Shown here: in pieces, positions 39,990-54,804 of the stretch
How positions within the stretch are numbered: position 1 is the stretch's first letter
Layout of the letters: each line of letters starts with the position of its first letter
Assembly: GCF_006345805.1 (NCBI RefSeq)
Contig: NC_043006.1
Location: 101,246,001-101,310,000, forward strand
From: Octopus sinensis
Taxonomy: Eukaryota
Length of the DNA stretch: 64,000 nucleotides
Reading direction: 5' to 3'
Notes under the pieces: model-generated
The model's input: only the letters and a program-made list of their open reading frames with translations
The model's database searches: none
What the model was told of the DNA's origin: nothing
Position numbers and translations under genes: made by a program

Positions 39990-40400
39990 AGTGTGCTAAT
40001 GTTTGAAAGGAAGGCCAGTATCACAAAAAGGAAAATTGCAGCTTGTCACCTTGAATAAGTGCAAAAGTGAGAAAAGCTACTATATCAGGTGAAGAAATCT
40101 CTTTGGTGAGCTTCATTGGGAAGGTCTTCAGGTGCATAGTTCTGAATAGACCATTGAAAATATTTAAGAATGTATTTCTCAAATCTCAGCGTGGTTTCAG
40201 GTCATGACACTCCACAAGAGAGTAAAGACAAACACTCCATATTGTTTTTGTTGTCTTCATAATGGTCCTCAAACATATGAGTAGAAGATGGCTTATTCAA
40301 AGAACTCATTAGAATTGGTTGTCCTCCAAGTTTCCTTGAAATAGTTCTATCATTCCATACAAAGATGAAAGGCAGCATTCTTTGAAGGTTTTCATCATTT
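39990..40400 (+). pseudogene. Decayed RTE (BovB-like) RT fragment
   Basis: Remnants of IVTL.K.K..KS, SQRGFRS..ST, LHIVFVVF and IRIGCPPSFLEIVLSFHTKMKG, with frameshifts. Confidence 0.6.
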
Positions 40401-40439
40401 GAAGTGGGGAGATATAAGGCTGTATTTTTGCCTTATCTC

Positions 40440-40856
40440 TTTCTTTTTTCTCTCTTTTACTTGTTTCAGTCATCTGACTGTGGCCATGCTGGAGCACCAC
40501 CTTTAATCGAGCAACTCGACCCCAGGACTTATTCTTTGTAAGCCCAGTACTTATTCTATCGGTCTCTTTTGCTGAACCGCTAAGTTATGGGGACATAAAC
40601 ACACCAGCATCGGTTGTCAAGCAATGCTAGGGGGGACAAACACAGACACACAAACACACATGCACACATATATATATATATATACATATATACGACAGGC
40701 TTCTTTCAGTTTCCGTCTACCAAATCCACTCACAAGGCTTTGGTCGGCCCGAGGCTATAGTAGAAGACACTTGCCCAAGGTGCCACGCTGTGGGACTGAA
40801 CCCGGAACCATGTGGTTGGTAAGCAAGCTACTTACCACACAGCCACTCCTGCGCCT
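40440..40856 (-). mobile_element. SINE family B copy
   Basis: Family homology. Confidence 0.88.
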
Positions 40857-41587
40857 TATCTTCATTTAGCATTTCTTTTTTCCAAGCTGAAGGGTGTCAT
40901 TTTCTCAAACTATGGTGTTGACATTCATTTAAATCTACCAGGTTCATCTAGAAATTGTTTAGTCTGTCACAGCAAAGCACAAATCAAAATTTTGAAGTAC
41001 TTACCAGGGACACAATGCTTGCAGAAAATGCAAGGACCAAAGAGTTGGGTTAAAGTTTTGAGCATCTCTCCCATCGTTATGATGGAATTGTAAGTCTGAG
41101 ATAGTCTACGACCACATATACTTTAGTTCCTCCAAGTCTGAGGTACTCCATAAGCACATACGCATATTGTTGGAAGGGTGGGAGATATCTGGTTAAACTG
41201 ACCCCAATACATTACTGGTACTTTATTTTATCAAATCTACAAGGACGAAAGGTAAAGACGACTTCTGAGGGATTAGAACCCAAACTCATAACCAAATTTT
41301 TATTAAACTTTCTAACACCTCCTGCATTATATGCATTTACACACACAAATACATGCGCATACACACACACATCTATATACATACACATACATATACATGC
41401 ATATACACATATATATATGCATACATACAGATATTATATATATATATATATATATATACTTATACACATGTCTATATATATATGTATACATATACATAAA
41501 CATACATATATATAGTGTGTATCTATGTATATATATAATAGAGACAGACAGACAGACATATATGTATATATATGTATGTATATATAT

Positions 41588-41642
<55 letters not shown>

Positions 41643-41724
41643 TACGTATAAATACACACAAACATATATAGTTATACTGACTGTAGATCAAAAGATCAAA
41701 TAATTCTAAAAATAATAACAATAA

Positions 41725-41767
<43 letters not shown>

Positions 41768-43061
41768 AATACTAATAACAATAATAATACTAATAACAAT
41801 AATAATAATAATAATAATAATAATGATAAAAATACTTTCTTGAAATAAAAATAAAAATATAAAAAATATAGGAATGAACAAATAATGCCAAAATAAAACA
41901 AAAATGAAAAATACAAAACAGAAACAAAAAAAAAACAAATGATAAGATGGTTAGAAGAAATATTTCATAAGAAACGTTGTAATGATACTCTGTGAATAAG
42001 CTGAGAAATCATAGCATCTTTGCTGTTATGTTTATGACGAACCAATTGTTGAATACTTTCACAATTAACTGCCTCTAGCTATTCATTGACAACATTTTAT
42101 GAAAAGTCAGTTTCGAAAAAGCATTCAAAAGGGTTCCAATATCTAATTTCTTTAAACTGTAAATCTGTTATAAAAGTTTGTGTGAATAGTAGTTATATTT
42201 CACTACTCCTTCTTCTCCTTTTTCTTCTACTTCTTCTTCTTCTTCTTCATTATTATTATTATTATTATTATTAGTCGTTGTTGTTGTTGTTGTTGTTGTT
42301 GTTATGGTATTTTCTTTTTAATGAGATTATGGTTCAATAAAAAAAAAATTTTGTTCTTGTTCTTGTTCATGTTTTCTATTTTTCTTAATATTTACTTGAA
42401 AGCTAACGAAATTTCAAGATAATATTTGTGAATACTATTAGATGTGGTACAAGTATTCTAGTAATAATATAAAACTGAATATAAAATAAGCTTCATTTTT
42501 TTTTTTACTTTTTTTTTTTTTTTGATAATTCGCAGAACAGTAAATTGGTAGAAATTCCAATACTGAACTCAGAAAAAAAAATGTAACTAAATAAATGAAT
42601 AAATGAAATAAGAAAAAGAAAGTGATTTGCATATTTTTCTGTCTTTCAATGATGGAGTGAATTTGTAAAATTCTTTGGAAACATTCAAGTTTTCAAAGAT
42701 ATTCATTTTAGCATCAGTATTAATGTATCCTGTAATAGAGAAACAAATCTCTTACTCTAATATTATTATATTATAGAATTTCCCCTTGTACCAAAGATAT
42801 TACTGAGAATTCTACATGTCAGAATTCTTTTCCTTGGTGTTTAAATATGGATGTATTCTAATTTAAGAGAAGGTCTATTAAATGTAATCAATGAATAGTT
42901 TTAGAGATTTAGATAGTCTTCATAACACTAATCATCCAGCTGCTTACAGTGTAAATGATATTGTAGGAGTATGTGACACTGGCACTTGTTGGGTGCGTCA
43001 CATCTCGTTACATAGTTGTAGAAAGGAAAAATAGCAGGAACACGAATCTCCGAACAAATCA

Positions 43062-43550
43062 TCATCATCGTTTAACAACCGTTTTCCATGCTAGCACGAG
43101 TTGGACGGTTCGACCGGGGCCTGGGAAGCCAGGAGGCTGCACCAGGCTCCAGTCTGATCTGACAGTGTTTCTACAGCTTGATGCCCTTCTTAATGCCAAC
43201 CACTCTGTGAGTGTAGTGGGTGCTTTTTATGTGCCACCGGCACAGGTGCCAGGGGTGGCTGGCAGCAGCCATGATCAGTTGGTGCTTTTTACGTGCCACT
43301 GGCACAGAAGCCATTCAAGTCAGCGCTGGCATCAACCACGTTCGGATGGTGCTTTTTACGTGCCACAGGCACAAGTATCACAACTACAATTTCCATTTGA
43401 TATTTATTTTGATGTTGATGTACTTGACTCAATAGGTCTCCCCAAGCACAGCAGGTCACCCTACGATCCAAGGTAAGCACAGCAGGTCGTTCTGCAATCC
43501 AAGGTACTTTGGATGGGCTGGGGCTATGTGAAACTGGTGTAGGAAGCAGC
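43062..43550 (-). mobile_element. RTE 3'-UTR fragment with a small tandem duplication near 43445-43510
   Basis: Closely matches 8561-9030. Confidence 0.82.
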
Positions 43551-44841
43551 CATAAACACACAATAATTTATTTTCACCGAAATAAGCATTTCATCTCTGG
43601 ACATCAGTAGCCTAGATGCCTGAGGTGGAAACAGCAGAGTTGGTTTAAATCACAATTGTTGAAAGCATTCTTCACAGCTCGCCAAGTCTAGTTCGCCTTC
43701 ACTCGAAGCTTGTCTGGTTGTGTCCGTCTCTCTCGGCAGCAGGAGGCAAAAAGGAAGAATAGCAGTAAAAGCTAGCTGCTGATGATTACTGTGCATGCAC
43801 ATAGGGGACTTCCGGCAGGCCTTCCGGAAGACACTAATCCTTGCACATGTGCAGATGAACATCCCAAAATAACATCTGAAACCTGGTGTCACTACAATAT
43901 CTAAGTATGCATGTATGAACGTATGTATCATCATCATCATTGTCATCGTCATCATTGTCGTCATCATCATCATCGTCATCATCATCATCATCATCATCCA
44001 TTTTCCATGGTGGCATGAGTTGGACGGCTTGACAAGTGCTGTCAAACCAGAGGACTGTGTTACACAATGGTTTTTATGGTTGGATGCCCTTCCTAATGCT
44101 GACCCCTTTTCAGAGTGAACTGGATGTTTTATTATGTGGCACCAGTGCTAGGTGAGGAGGTGGAGTGGGGGTCACCTGGTATCTTGCAAGACAAAGATTC
44201 TTCAATTGGGAGGGGAAGAAGTGTTGAGGGAGGTAGCTTTGTGTAAGTTGAAGAGAGCTTAAAATGTATAATAAAGCAATAGAGATAGGTGTTTTGCTGT
44301 GGAGGAGATGCATGGATACCCCAGGTGGAACAGAAAAGGGAGAAAGCAAGATTTAGAGAGAAAAATAGAGATGTCATCATCATCATCATCATCATCATCA
44401 CCACCACCACCACCATCATTTAATGTTTTCCGTACTGGCATGGGTTGGACAGTTCGACAGGAGGTGGCAAACCAGAAGGCTGCACCAGGCTTCACTGACT
44501 GTTTTGATATGGTTTTTATGACTGGATGCCCTTTCTAATGCCAACCACCTTATGGAGTGGACTGAAAGCATTTTGTAAATATGTAAATATGCATGTATGT
44601 GTGTATGTAGGCATCTATGTGTGTATGTACATGTGCATCTATGTATATGTGTATCAATGTTTGTATGCATCAACAGGTGGATGGATGCATGCATGGCAGT
44701 GATTTGGCAGAATTGTTAGAATAGCAGACAAAATTCTTTGTGGTGTTTGTTCCAGTTCTCTGAGCACTGAGTTCAAATTCCACCAAGGTTGACTCTACCT
44801 CTCATCTTTTGAGGATCGATAAAATATAGTAGCACCCCACA

Positions 44842-44872
<31 letters not shown>

Positions 44873-45341
44873 GCACCATCGCAGCTGCTGCCCCTGCTGC
44901 AAATACTTATTCTCTTATTTTTTCTCTCTCTCTCTTTGTCACTTTGTCTCTCAAACTTCTCCCCTATCAATCTCTTCTCTATATTTAAAGCTGTAGAGCA
45001 CTGGGCTCTGCCAAGTTATAAAAAATGCCTCAGACTTGCTGCATTTCACAAAAGCACTTCTACAAATCTATCTGGATTTGAGGGTCCAAGGAAGAAGGTG
45101 TGTGTGTGTGTGTGTGTGTGTGTATTCATGCATGCATGTATACATAAATGTATGTATGTATATATGTACCTATGTATGCATGTATGTTAATAGGTAGCCA
45201 AGCACACAGATAGACAGAGAGAAACAGAGATAGAGATAGATGTACATACATACAGACAGTCCAATAAACAGATAGACAGATAGATATTTAATTTATTTTT
45301 AAGATCTGTTCAAAGGAGAAAGTGCTGAAGTCTGAAAGGTC

Positions 45342-45579
45342 TGATCCATGCCATTCAGATCACCATAGACTGACAGATATTGAACCAAAATTGATTTCAT
45401 CAGTCTATGGTGATCTGAAAGGCATGTATCATGCCTTGAGGAATTCTAACCTTCCACACACAAAAATGTACATATTTTCCTGATAGACATTGACAGATAT
45501 TGAACCAAAATTGATTTCATCAATGTCTATCAGGAAAATATGTACATTTTTGTGTGTGGAAGGTTAGAATTCTTCAAGG
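45342..45579. repeat. Twin long inverted repeats with identical 26-nt loops
   Basis: Arms 45342-45373/45400-45431 (30 of 32 paired) and 45434-45493/45520-45579 (59 of 60). Loop CAGATATTGAACCAAAATTGATTTCA occurs twice. Confidence 0.95.
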
Positions 45580-46879
45580 TAGCAGTTCTGAGCAAGATGA
45601 TCTGGGTAAAGTATTAGTTCAAAACTTGGAAAGTGAATCTCAGCAGAGGTGATGATAGGGAGAAAGAGATATGTATGTGTGTCTGTGTGGTGAGATTGGT
45701 AAGAATGGGTACTTAACAGACCAAACATTTATGGTACCCTTTAAGGATTTGGTCTTGATGAAAAGGCATATGGCTTGGTGGTGGTGGTGGTGGTTAATAT
45801 GAGCATATTGTGATCCTAAGATCATGAGTTCACTTTCTAGAATGAGTGGTGCATTGAGTCCTTGTGTAAGGTACTTCATTTCACAGTCAGGTGCTGATGA
45901 AGTCCTCTTTCCATCCAGCTGTCACAACCTGGATATTCTGCTATGTCAAAAGTTAAGGAGACCAAGAGGGCATCTATTTCCTGCTTGCAACTATATAAGA
46001 ACTTAAAACAAATATCAAAATCCTGGTTCATAGTACCAAATCATATTTGATGGTGATGGCTGTTCATTCTCTATTAAGGTCTTGGTGCAACATGGGTGCC
46101 ATACACTATTGTGTCTCCTATTGACTATTAAGAACTAAGTAATGTTGAGATAATATCAAATACTACAAAAATAAATAAATAAATAAGCAGATGATTGACA
46201 TGCAAAGAAGAAGTGAGTAGATGTCAAATCATAAACAATAGTCAAATAAAAACAGTGTTAAATACTCTACAGCAGTAGTTCTTAACCTGGCCAGTACCAA
46301 CCTCAAAGGACATTGAGAACTCAAAAAATAGCAGTAAATGTCATGAGGTCAATGAGTATTTAACAGTGTCAGGATTTTTCTTAGGAATAGAATATTTAAA
46401 CCAGTTATAATAATTAATCATCATCATCATCATCATCATCATTTAGCGTCCGTTTTCCATGCTAGCATGGGTTGGACGGTTCAACTGGGGTCTGTGAAGC
46501 TGGAAGGCTTCATCAGGCCCAGTCAGATCTGGCAGTGTTTCTACGGCTGGATGCCCTTCCTAATGTTTTTTTAAACTCATTTCTAAACAAATATCTATTG
46601 GGATTAGAATATGAGTTGGATATTGTTATCAGTGAGCAGAAACATGACTGAAGAGGTACCACTTATGGTCCAACATAGTTTTGTGCCATTCAAGAATTTG
46701 GACCTGGAGATCTCCATTTCCAGCGACTTTGAGGATCACCTTCCAGTGGTGCCGAGCATCAACAAAGAGCCCTCGACAACAACAAGGCAACCAAAGTTTT
46801 TTTTTTTTCCAAGGTCTGGGGTCTCCCGCCCCTAAGCCCTAGACCATCACCTAATCACCGTTACCCGTCTTGTTGCTTA

Positions 46880-49450
46880 ACAACAACAACAACATAGTCC
46901 TCACTTTCTATGCCATTTCCATAAAATTTTAACTTAAGGACCAGTAGTCCATCCCAGTATCTAAAGAAAGGCACTTGCTCAATGGAGCAAAGTAGAGAGA
47001 TTTTATTCTTGCCAGGATATAGGATAAGTAGAGGATTGTAAATAATAAGTCTTTCCCTGATAAAGAATGAACTACACAACATAGACTTAAAAATAAGCAG
47101 TACATACTCTCAGAGACACAAGACAATATGGGAAAAGAAAGTATGAAGATTTCTCTTCTAGACAGATAAGTTTTAAGTGATGTGTATGATATGAAGAAAT
47201 GGGTGGGTAAGAACCAATAACAAGACAATCAGCAGTAATCCACATATCAGATCTGTTGCTGCAGCAAGGTTCCAGCTAGATTGGATGTGACTCAAGATGG
47301 GGAAATGGTACAATAAATGAAGCCATAAAAGCTAAGATGCAGGCCTGGGAAGATTGGAAAACCAGAGAGAACAGGCAATAAATATTGGGTAACAGGAAGA
47401 AAAGCTAGACATTAAGTATACAAAACATAGAGATGTTGGAAGTATGAGGTTTGCTAATATTCTGTGATAAGAGATCAGAGGTGTGAGGGGTTCTAGATTG
47501 CAAAACAGTAAATTCCTGTGAATCGATATGTTGTTGAAGATAAGTATTTGGAATGACAATAGTGCATGTACTCTCATTGGTATCACAAATAGGTTTCAAA
47601 ATATTACTACCAGGGGTTGTTGAATGTTACTCTTGGCATAGGAAAAAGCAATTAAAAATTGACACTTGTACAAATGAAAATGTGATTAAGGGTATGAAGG
47701 CAAAGAAAGCAACTGGACCACAAGGTAGGGTCACTAGGATTATGAAAATATCTGGCTGAGTAAAGAATGTGCATATGGACATTTCTATTTTCAATTAGAT
47801 CTGTGCTCCTAAACCATATTTTACCTATGAACCCTTTTGATTCCTGTTTTACTCAGATGGACCTTCTTAGCCATTTGATGTTTAAAAAATCACATAATGT
47901 TTTTGTAATTAAATATTATTAAGAATTGTATTTAAAAAAATATTAAAATATTTTGTGTAGTGTAGAAACATAGCTAAATTATTGCAGATAAATTTTGACA
48001 AGATCTTACATAGACCCCTAAGTGTCATATTGACTCCTAAGTGCATTATGGACCCCAGTTGGGAACCACTGATTTAGTTAGTAGAAGGAGGCATCATACC
48101 CAATAAATGGTGTAGCAACTTCATTGTCAGTTGTGTTAATAGAGCAAAGAAGATGATCTAGAAAGGAGCAATGTCAGAGGTATCAAGTTATAAAGAGTTA
48201 TAACCCAATTAATAATTCTGAATTAACTTAAATGAGATGCAGTTCAGATTTGTATCAGGACAGAGTACCACAGATGCCTTCTTTCTAGTGAAATAAATGC
48301 AAGATAACCTCTAAGCAACGAGCAAGCCACTAAACCTAGCACTATACCTAGCATGGTAAGAGTTCTACACTTTGCATTTTGATAGTCAATAAGAATAGTA
48401 GGTGTAGGTGAATGGTTTGTGAGAACCATGTAAACCATGCAAAAAGATGCAGTGAGTTAAGTAAGGGTTTGCAATGAATAGAGCAAGAATTTAGCAAATG
48501 CATAAGTCTCCATGAGGATCTGATTCTTAAACCTGCTCTGTTTATTCTGCTTTTCCAGGCCATAACAATGAAGGTTGAGTCTGGCTGGCTGTGGATATTC
48601 CTGTATACTAATGATGTAGTTTTTATAAATGGAGCTGCAGAAGAAATTCCAAAAGTAGAAGCAAAGTCTAGAATCAAGAGTCCTCAAAGTTAATGTAGCA
48701 AAAATAAAAGTTTTTGTTCTCAGGAAAATAAACAGAATTCTACTGTTATATTGGAAGTGGCCAAGCTCTGTAAATGAAAAGGGAATAGTTAGGAATTCCA
48801 TATGATATATTTGATGCAAACAAAACAAAAAAAAAATGGATGAACAAGATGTTCATATGGATCACAAACAGCTAACAAAAATATTGAGTTTTCACTTGTG
48901 GTAGATGCTTTGGCATTGTTAGCATTTAAAGAAACTACGAAATAAATTCAAATTTTTGGAATTTGACAGTTGATAGCATGTGCTATCAACACTGTTGATC
49001 TAATTAGTCATGGAAGTGAATGGTTTGGAAGTACTGTAGCCAGAAAAAGAACAGGGTCAGAAAAGGTTAGAGGGTTATTAGCTCTGCTGGCAACAAGAGA
49101 GTTCTTTTGCCAAATGAATAGTTAATTATGAAGGATCAATCTTGCATGGCGGTGAAACATGAACATTGAATGTGATGGATGAACAAAGGATTGGAAAAAT
49201 ATGAGACATGAATATTCTGCTGGATGTATAAAATTAGTGTCAGTGAATGATGGAAAAGAATGGAACTGAGGGAAAAGCTAAATCCAAGAGTAGCAAGATA
49301 TAATGTGCAATAGAAGAGACTATGTGGGTACAAACAGCTAATGAGTATGGATGGTACAACAGGGTAAAGAAGTACCAAGATATCAAAGTGGAAAAAATAA
49401 AATGTTTGGAAGAGAAAAACCAAGGAAGACACGTGAAAAAGAGGAGAAAG
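46880..49450 (+). pseudogene. Old, heavily decayed RTE LINE ORF2
   Basis: Remnants LNEMQFRFVSGQSTTDAFFLV, LHEDLILKPALFILLFQAIT..GWLWIFLYTNDVV (QGS/YADD region) and ELREKL...GR..PRKT. Confidence 0.65.
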
Positions 49451-50123
49451 CTAACTCAAAGAATATGACAAGTGACTGCAACAAGTAGTAGTATGATGTG
49501 TTGAAGAGGATCTGTGCAACTTAGGTGAGCATGGAAAAGCAGACATAAAAATGATTATAAGGATCGTGATGATATATACTTACATATATATGTACAAACA
49601 TACATATGTGTCTGTGTGTGTATGTCTTACACAAACACACATGCATTACATTTCAATTCTTTGAAATGCTGATGGGAACAGTATGTCATAATATATATAT
49701 GTGAAACATTCTTGAGAACTGTATTCCAAACATTGGCATGCTAGAGAGAAAAAGTGAGAGAACCAGAGGAACTGTCAGATCTCATGATTCACTTCCCAAA
49801 ACTCTCATCTTTACAACCTATACAGAAATAGTTTGGCATTTAAATCTCTATAATTATACAACTGCCTCACAAAAGAATTATGGAATGTGAATAAGTTTTC
49901 CAGGAAATTTTTTAAATGTATGGACATGTATTTTTATTAAAAATACTAGTTAAGTCCCCTGTTAAAGGCTACAGCCAAAGGGGAGTAGCCTCAACCAATT
50001 TGTTGAACCACGACTAGAGAAACCTTGTACATTGACAAAAAGAAAAGGCTAATTAATCCCTACATAGATTCATGTCTGAGGGTGGCTAAAACAATTTCGT
50101 ATATATATATATATATATATATA

Positions 50124-50628
<505 letters not shown>

Positions 50629-50674
50629 TGTTTGTATGTTTGTATGTGTGTATATACGTATGTATACATGCATA

Positions 50675-51077
50675 TACTCTCTTTTACTATTTTACTTGTT
50701 TCAGTCACTTGACTGCAGCCATGCTGGAGCACCGCCTTTAGTCGAGCAAATCGACCCCGGGACTTATTCTTTGTAAGCCCAGTACTTATTCTATCGGTCT
50801 CTTTTGCCGAACCGCTAAGTAACGGGGACATAAACACACCAGCATCGGTTGTCAGGCAATGCTAGGGGGACAAACACAGACACACAAACACACATACATA
50901 TATATATATACATATATACGACAGGCTTCTTTCAGTTTCCGTCTACCAAATCCACTCACAAGGCATTGGTCGGCCCGGGGCTATAGCAGAAGACACTTGC
51001 CCAAGATGCCTCACAGTGGGACTGAACCCGGAACCATGTGGTTGGTTAGCAAGCTACTTACCACACAGCCACTCCTG
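50675..51077 (-). mobile_element. SINE family B copy
   Basis: Family homology. Confidence 0.88.
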
Positions 51078-51824
51078 TATATATATATAAAATGTACTAC
51101 TCCACGATGCTAAGTTAAAAAAAAAAGTACTCCATCTGGTGAGAGATATCTATTATTTAATAGACACAATACATGATTTATGTGCTACTAATAGTTTCAT
51201 CTGTTGAGAAGTACCTCAAACATATTTATCAGGTACAAACCACATATCATCGAAACGAACTAAATATGAAATGAGAGAAGAAACACAGAAAGTTGAGAAG
51301 GAAATATATAGAAAACGTAGAAGGTTAAAAAATGGAAAGCAGAAAATGAAAAAGTAAAAATTCTGGTAAAAGAGTTGTCTTCCTTAGGCCTTAAATTATA
51401 AGGCTGGAAAGATAACAAGTTAATCCAGTATAGGCAGCATTTTCCAATCCTTCAAAATGTACGTCAACATATGTTTCTAACTGCTGAAAATTTCAGACCT
51501 AGAGGGCAGTAGTGAGTTAGGGATCTTAGATCCGAAAAGGATCTGAGCTCTTTCAGCTCAAAAAAAACTTTCATTTATTTGATCCATAAACATAAGGTAT
51601 GGATTTTTCAATTATTTTTCACTTAATCACATGTGCTGTTGCATTAGATTTCAATAAACTCTACTTGTGACTAACTTAGTAGCTTTGCTTTTGGCCTTAT
51701 GTTTAAAGGAGGCTATGTGACTGGTATAGCCATTTTTAAATTCTCCTTCACATAATCCAATATATATATATATATATATACACATCTTACACACACACAC
51801 ACATACACACATATAACACAAATG

Positions 51825-51858
<34 letters not shown>

Positions 51859-52039
51859 GCACGTAAAAAGCACCCACTACACTCTCGGAGTGGTTGGCGT
51901 TAGGAAGGGCATCCAGCTGTAGAAACACTGCCAGATTTGACTGGGCCTGATGAAGCCTTCTGGCTTCCCAGACCCCAGTAGAACCGTCCAACCCATGCTA
52001 GTATGGAAAACGGACGCTAAACGATGATGATGATGATGA

Positions 52040-52073
<34 letters not shown>

Positions 52074-52342
52074 ACATGTATATTCATATATAACAGCGTA
52101 TGGTATTTATACACAGAGAGGTGACCCTTTACAGGATGCCTTATATTCTAGAGAAGGCAGCCAAACCCAGACCATGAAAAAAAAGTAATTCTAAAGAGAA
52201 TGTAAACAATAATTATTTACAGTTAATCCCAAACTTGAGTTTCTGTTTTAATGAACAAATAAATTAAGTTGTCATCTGTACTTCATCAGCGGGATCACCT
52301 AAGACAATGCATAATTATGTAGCAAATACAGAATTTATATAT

Positions 52343-52752
52343 AGGCGCAGGAGTGGCTGTGTGGTAAGTAGCTTACTAACCAACCACATGGTTCCGGGTT
52401 CAGTCCCACTGTGTGGCATCTTGGGCAAGTGTCTTCTGCTATAGCCCCAGGCCGACCAATGCCTTGTGAGTGGATTTGGTAGACGGAAACTGAAAGAAGC
52501 CCGTCATATATATGTATATATATATATGTATGTGTGTGTGTTTGTGTGTCTGTGTTTGTCCCCCTAGCATTGCTTGACAACCGATGCTGGTGTGTTTACA
52601 TCCCCGTCACTTAGTGGTTCAGCAAAAAGAGCCCGATAGAATAAGTACTGGGCTTACAAAGAATAAGTCCCGGGGTTGATTTGCTCGACTAAAGGCGGTG
52701 CTCCAGCATGGCTGCAGTCAAATGACTGAAACAAGTAAAATAGTAAAAGAGT
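52343..52752 (+). mobile_element. SINE family B copy
   Basis: Family homology. Confidence 0.88.
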
Positions 52753-53057
52753 ATATAATGGTGAAAACCCTTAACTGCAGTATCTATCGTGGAAGAGAAA
52801 TTCTCATTAAAGACAATTTGTTGTCACTGAGCAGAGTTATGAATGATATGATTGAACTATAGTTGTTTCTGTGTTGTTACACCTCATCACCAATAGACAG
52901 CAACTCCATCATTCATAGTCCTCTAAGAACTGCTTTTCTTATATGTAAACACCAAATAATAAATTTGCAGGCATGTGCAAAACTTCGTCAAGCTGGAATT
53001 AATTAAAAGGAAACTAAGCATCACACGTTAGAATAATGCTGTGTACATATATGTATT

Positions 53058-53356
53058 TGTGGAGGCGCAATGGCCCAGTGGTTAGGGCAGCGGACTCACA
53101 GTCATAGGATCGCGGTTTCGATTCCCAGACCGGGCGTTGTGTGTGTTTATTGAGCGAAAACACCTAAAAAGCTCCACGAAGCTCCGGCAGGGGGAGGGTG
53201 ATCCCTGCTATACTCTTTCACCACTCCTCCTCTCACTCTTTCTTCTGTTGGCCTGCTCGCTTAGCCAGCGAAGTGGCGTCATTCGAAGGCTAAAACAATG
53301 TGAAGCGCACTGTGACCAGCGATGTGTAGCAACATCTGATGGTCTGGTCGGTCACG
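53058..53356 (+). mobile_element. SINE family C variant with a different 3' tail
   Basis: Head and body match 50124-50510 up to CTCTCACTCTT, then diverge. Confidence 0.8.
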
Positions 53357-54159
53357 AAAAGAAAAAGAAAAAGTCACATATATGTATTTAAAGCATTTAT
53401 ATACACCCAGATATGGAAAGACTTTCACTATGTACCTGTCTCAGAAGAGAAATTGTCCTTATAACACACACACACATGCACACACACACACACAAATACA
53501 GATATATCTTCTTTTAGCTTCTTCCTCTTTCTTGCTTCAATCATTGGACTGCAACTATTCTGAGGCACTGCTTTCAAGGGTTTTAGTTGAACAAATCAAC
53601 ATCAGTACTTATTTTCTTTTAAAACATGGTACTTGCCCTTATCATCTTTTTTGCCAGACTGCTACCTTATGGGAATGTAAACAAACCAACACCAGTTGTC
53701 AAGCCGTGGGGTAACAACCCACAAACAAAAAGACACATACACATGTATGTTGTATAAATACAATGGTTTTGTTTCAGTTTCCATTGGCCATATCCACTTA
53801 CAAGGTTCTGGTCAGCCCAGGGCTATAGTAGAAGATACTTGCACAATGTGCTTTGCAGTCAAACTGAACCTGGAACCATGGCATCAGGAAGCAAACTTCT
53901 TACCAAGTTGTCATCTCAATTTTACAATTTTCTTCTGTTTTGTTTTGTGTACAAAAAGTTGTGAATTTGGATTTGGATTAAATCTGTGACAAAGCAATTT
54001 TTTAAAGTAAATAAACGACATGTATTTTCCTCTTACAATATTTCTAGCTTATAAGCTGTTGTACATGATAAAACCGATTTACAACAGATTGAATATAAGC
54101 TTAGAAATCATTTTGCATGGACTGAAATACATGTAGCACACCAGCATTCAGGAGAGTTA

Positions 54160-54360
54160 TTTACATCGTTTGACTGAGGCTCTTATGTGACTTGATGAGA
54201 ATTTTTTCTCTGTAAGTGGGTTCTTGTATCAACATTTGCTGTCCAAGAATAGAACTGGTTTGATTTTTCTTGTGTTTATCTTTTCCAGTTCATCTATTGT
54301 TCATCTTGTTATTAGTGTATCCTTTGAAATCCAAGTATTTTCCCAGCATCTCTGAAAAAT
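54160..54360 (-). pseudogene. Possible decayed R4/Dong-like LINE fragment
   Basis: R*TIDELEKINTRK and NQFYSWTANVD resemble the W..ELE.ID.KTRK...ADVDRLY post-RT motif; weak. Confidence 0.3.
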
Positions 54361-54804
54361 TTGTGTAATATAATCTTTCTTTTTCTTTTTCTTCTTTTTT
54401 TGTTTTTGAGAAAATTCGTATGAAGCTTTGCAGATATTAATTTGAAAAAAACACTTATGATAATTCAGACATTTTATTTTGTATTTTATCAACTTGACAT
54501 TTTTCTTCACTTACAATATTTCAAGGTTAAAAGCTCTTATTCAAGATGTAAAGAGATTATGACACAGTTGAAATAGGTTTCAAATTCATTTATCAAAAAG
54601 TTCTGGCAGCTGAGTTCATGAAGATCCAGTTGTTGGATTTTCAGAATCAATAGAGTGTTGGAAAATATACCTTGCATCATTTGTTCTGGCTCTTCACATT
54701 CTGAGTTCAAGTCTTGCTGAGGTCAACTTTGCATTTCATCTCTCTGGGGTAGGTAAAACAAAACTGTAGTTGAGTAATGGGGGTCAATGGTATGACTAAC
54801 TATA

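Noticed and set aside
46273-48071. hAT-like left end (46273) and right end (48071) as one composite transposon
   Set aside because: The flanking 8-mers do not match, so they are probably ends of two separate decayed MITEs.
51233-51357. Candidate terminal exon GTNHISSKRTKYEMREE...KMKK*
   Set aside because: Short, A-rich and unrecognised; expected by chance.
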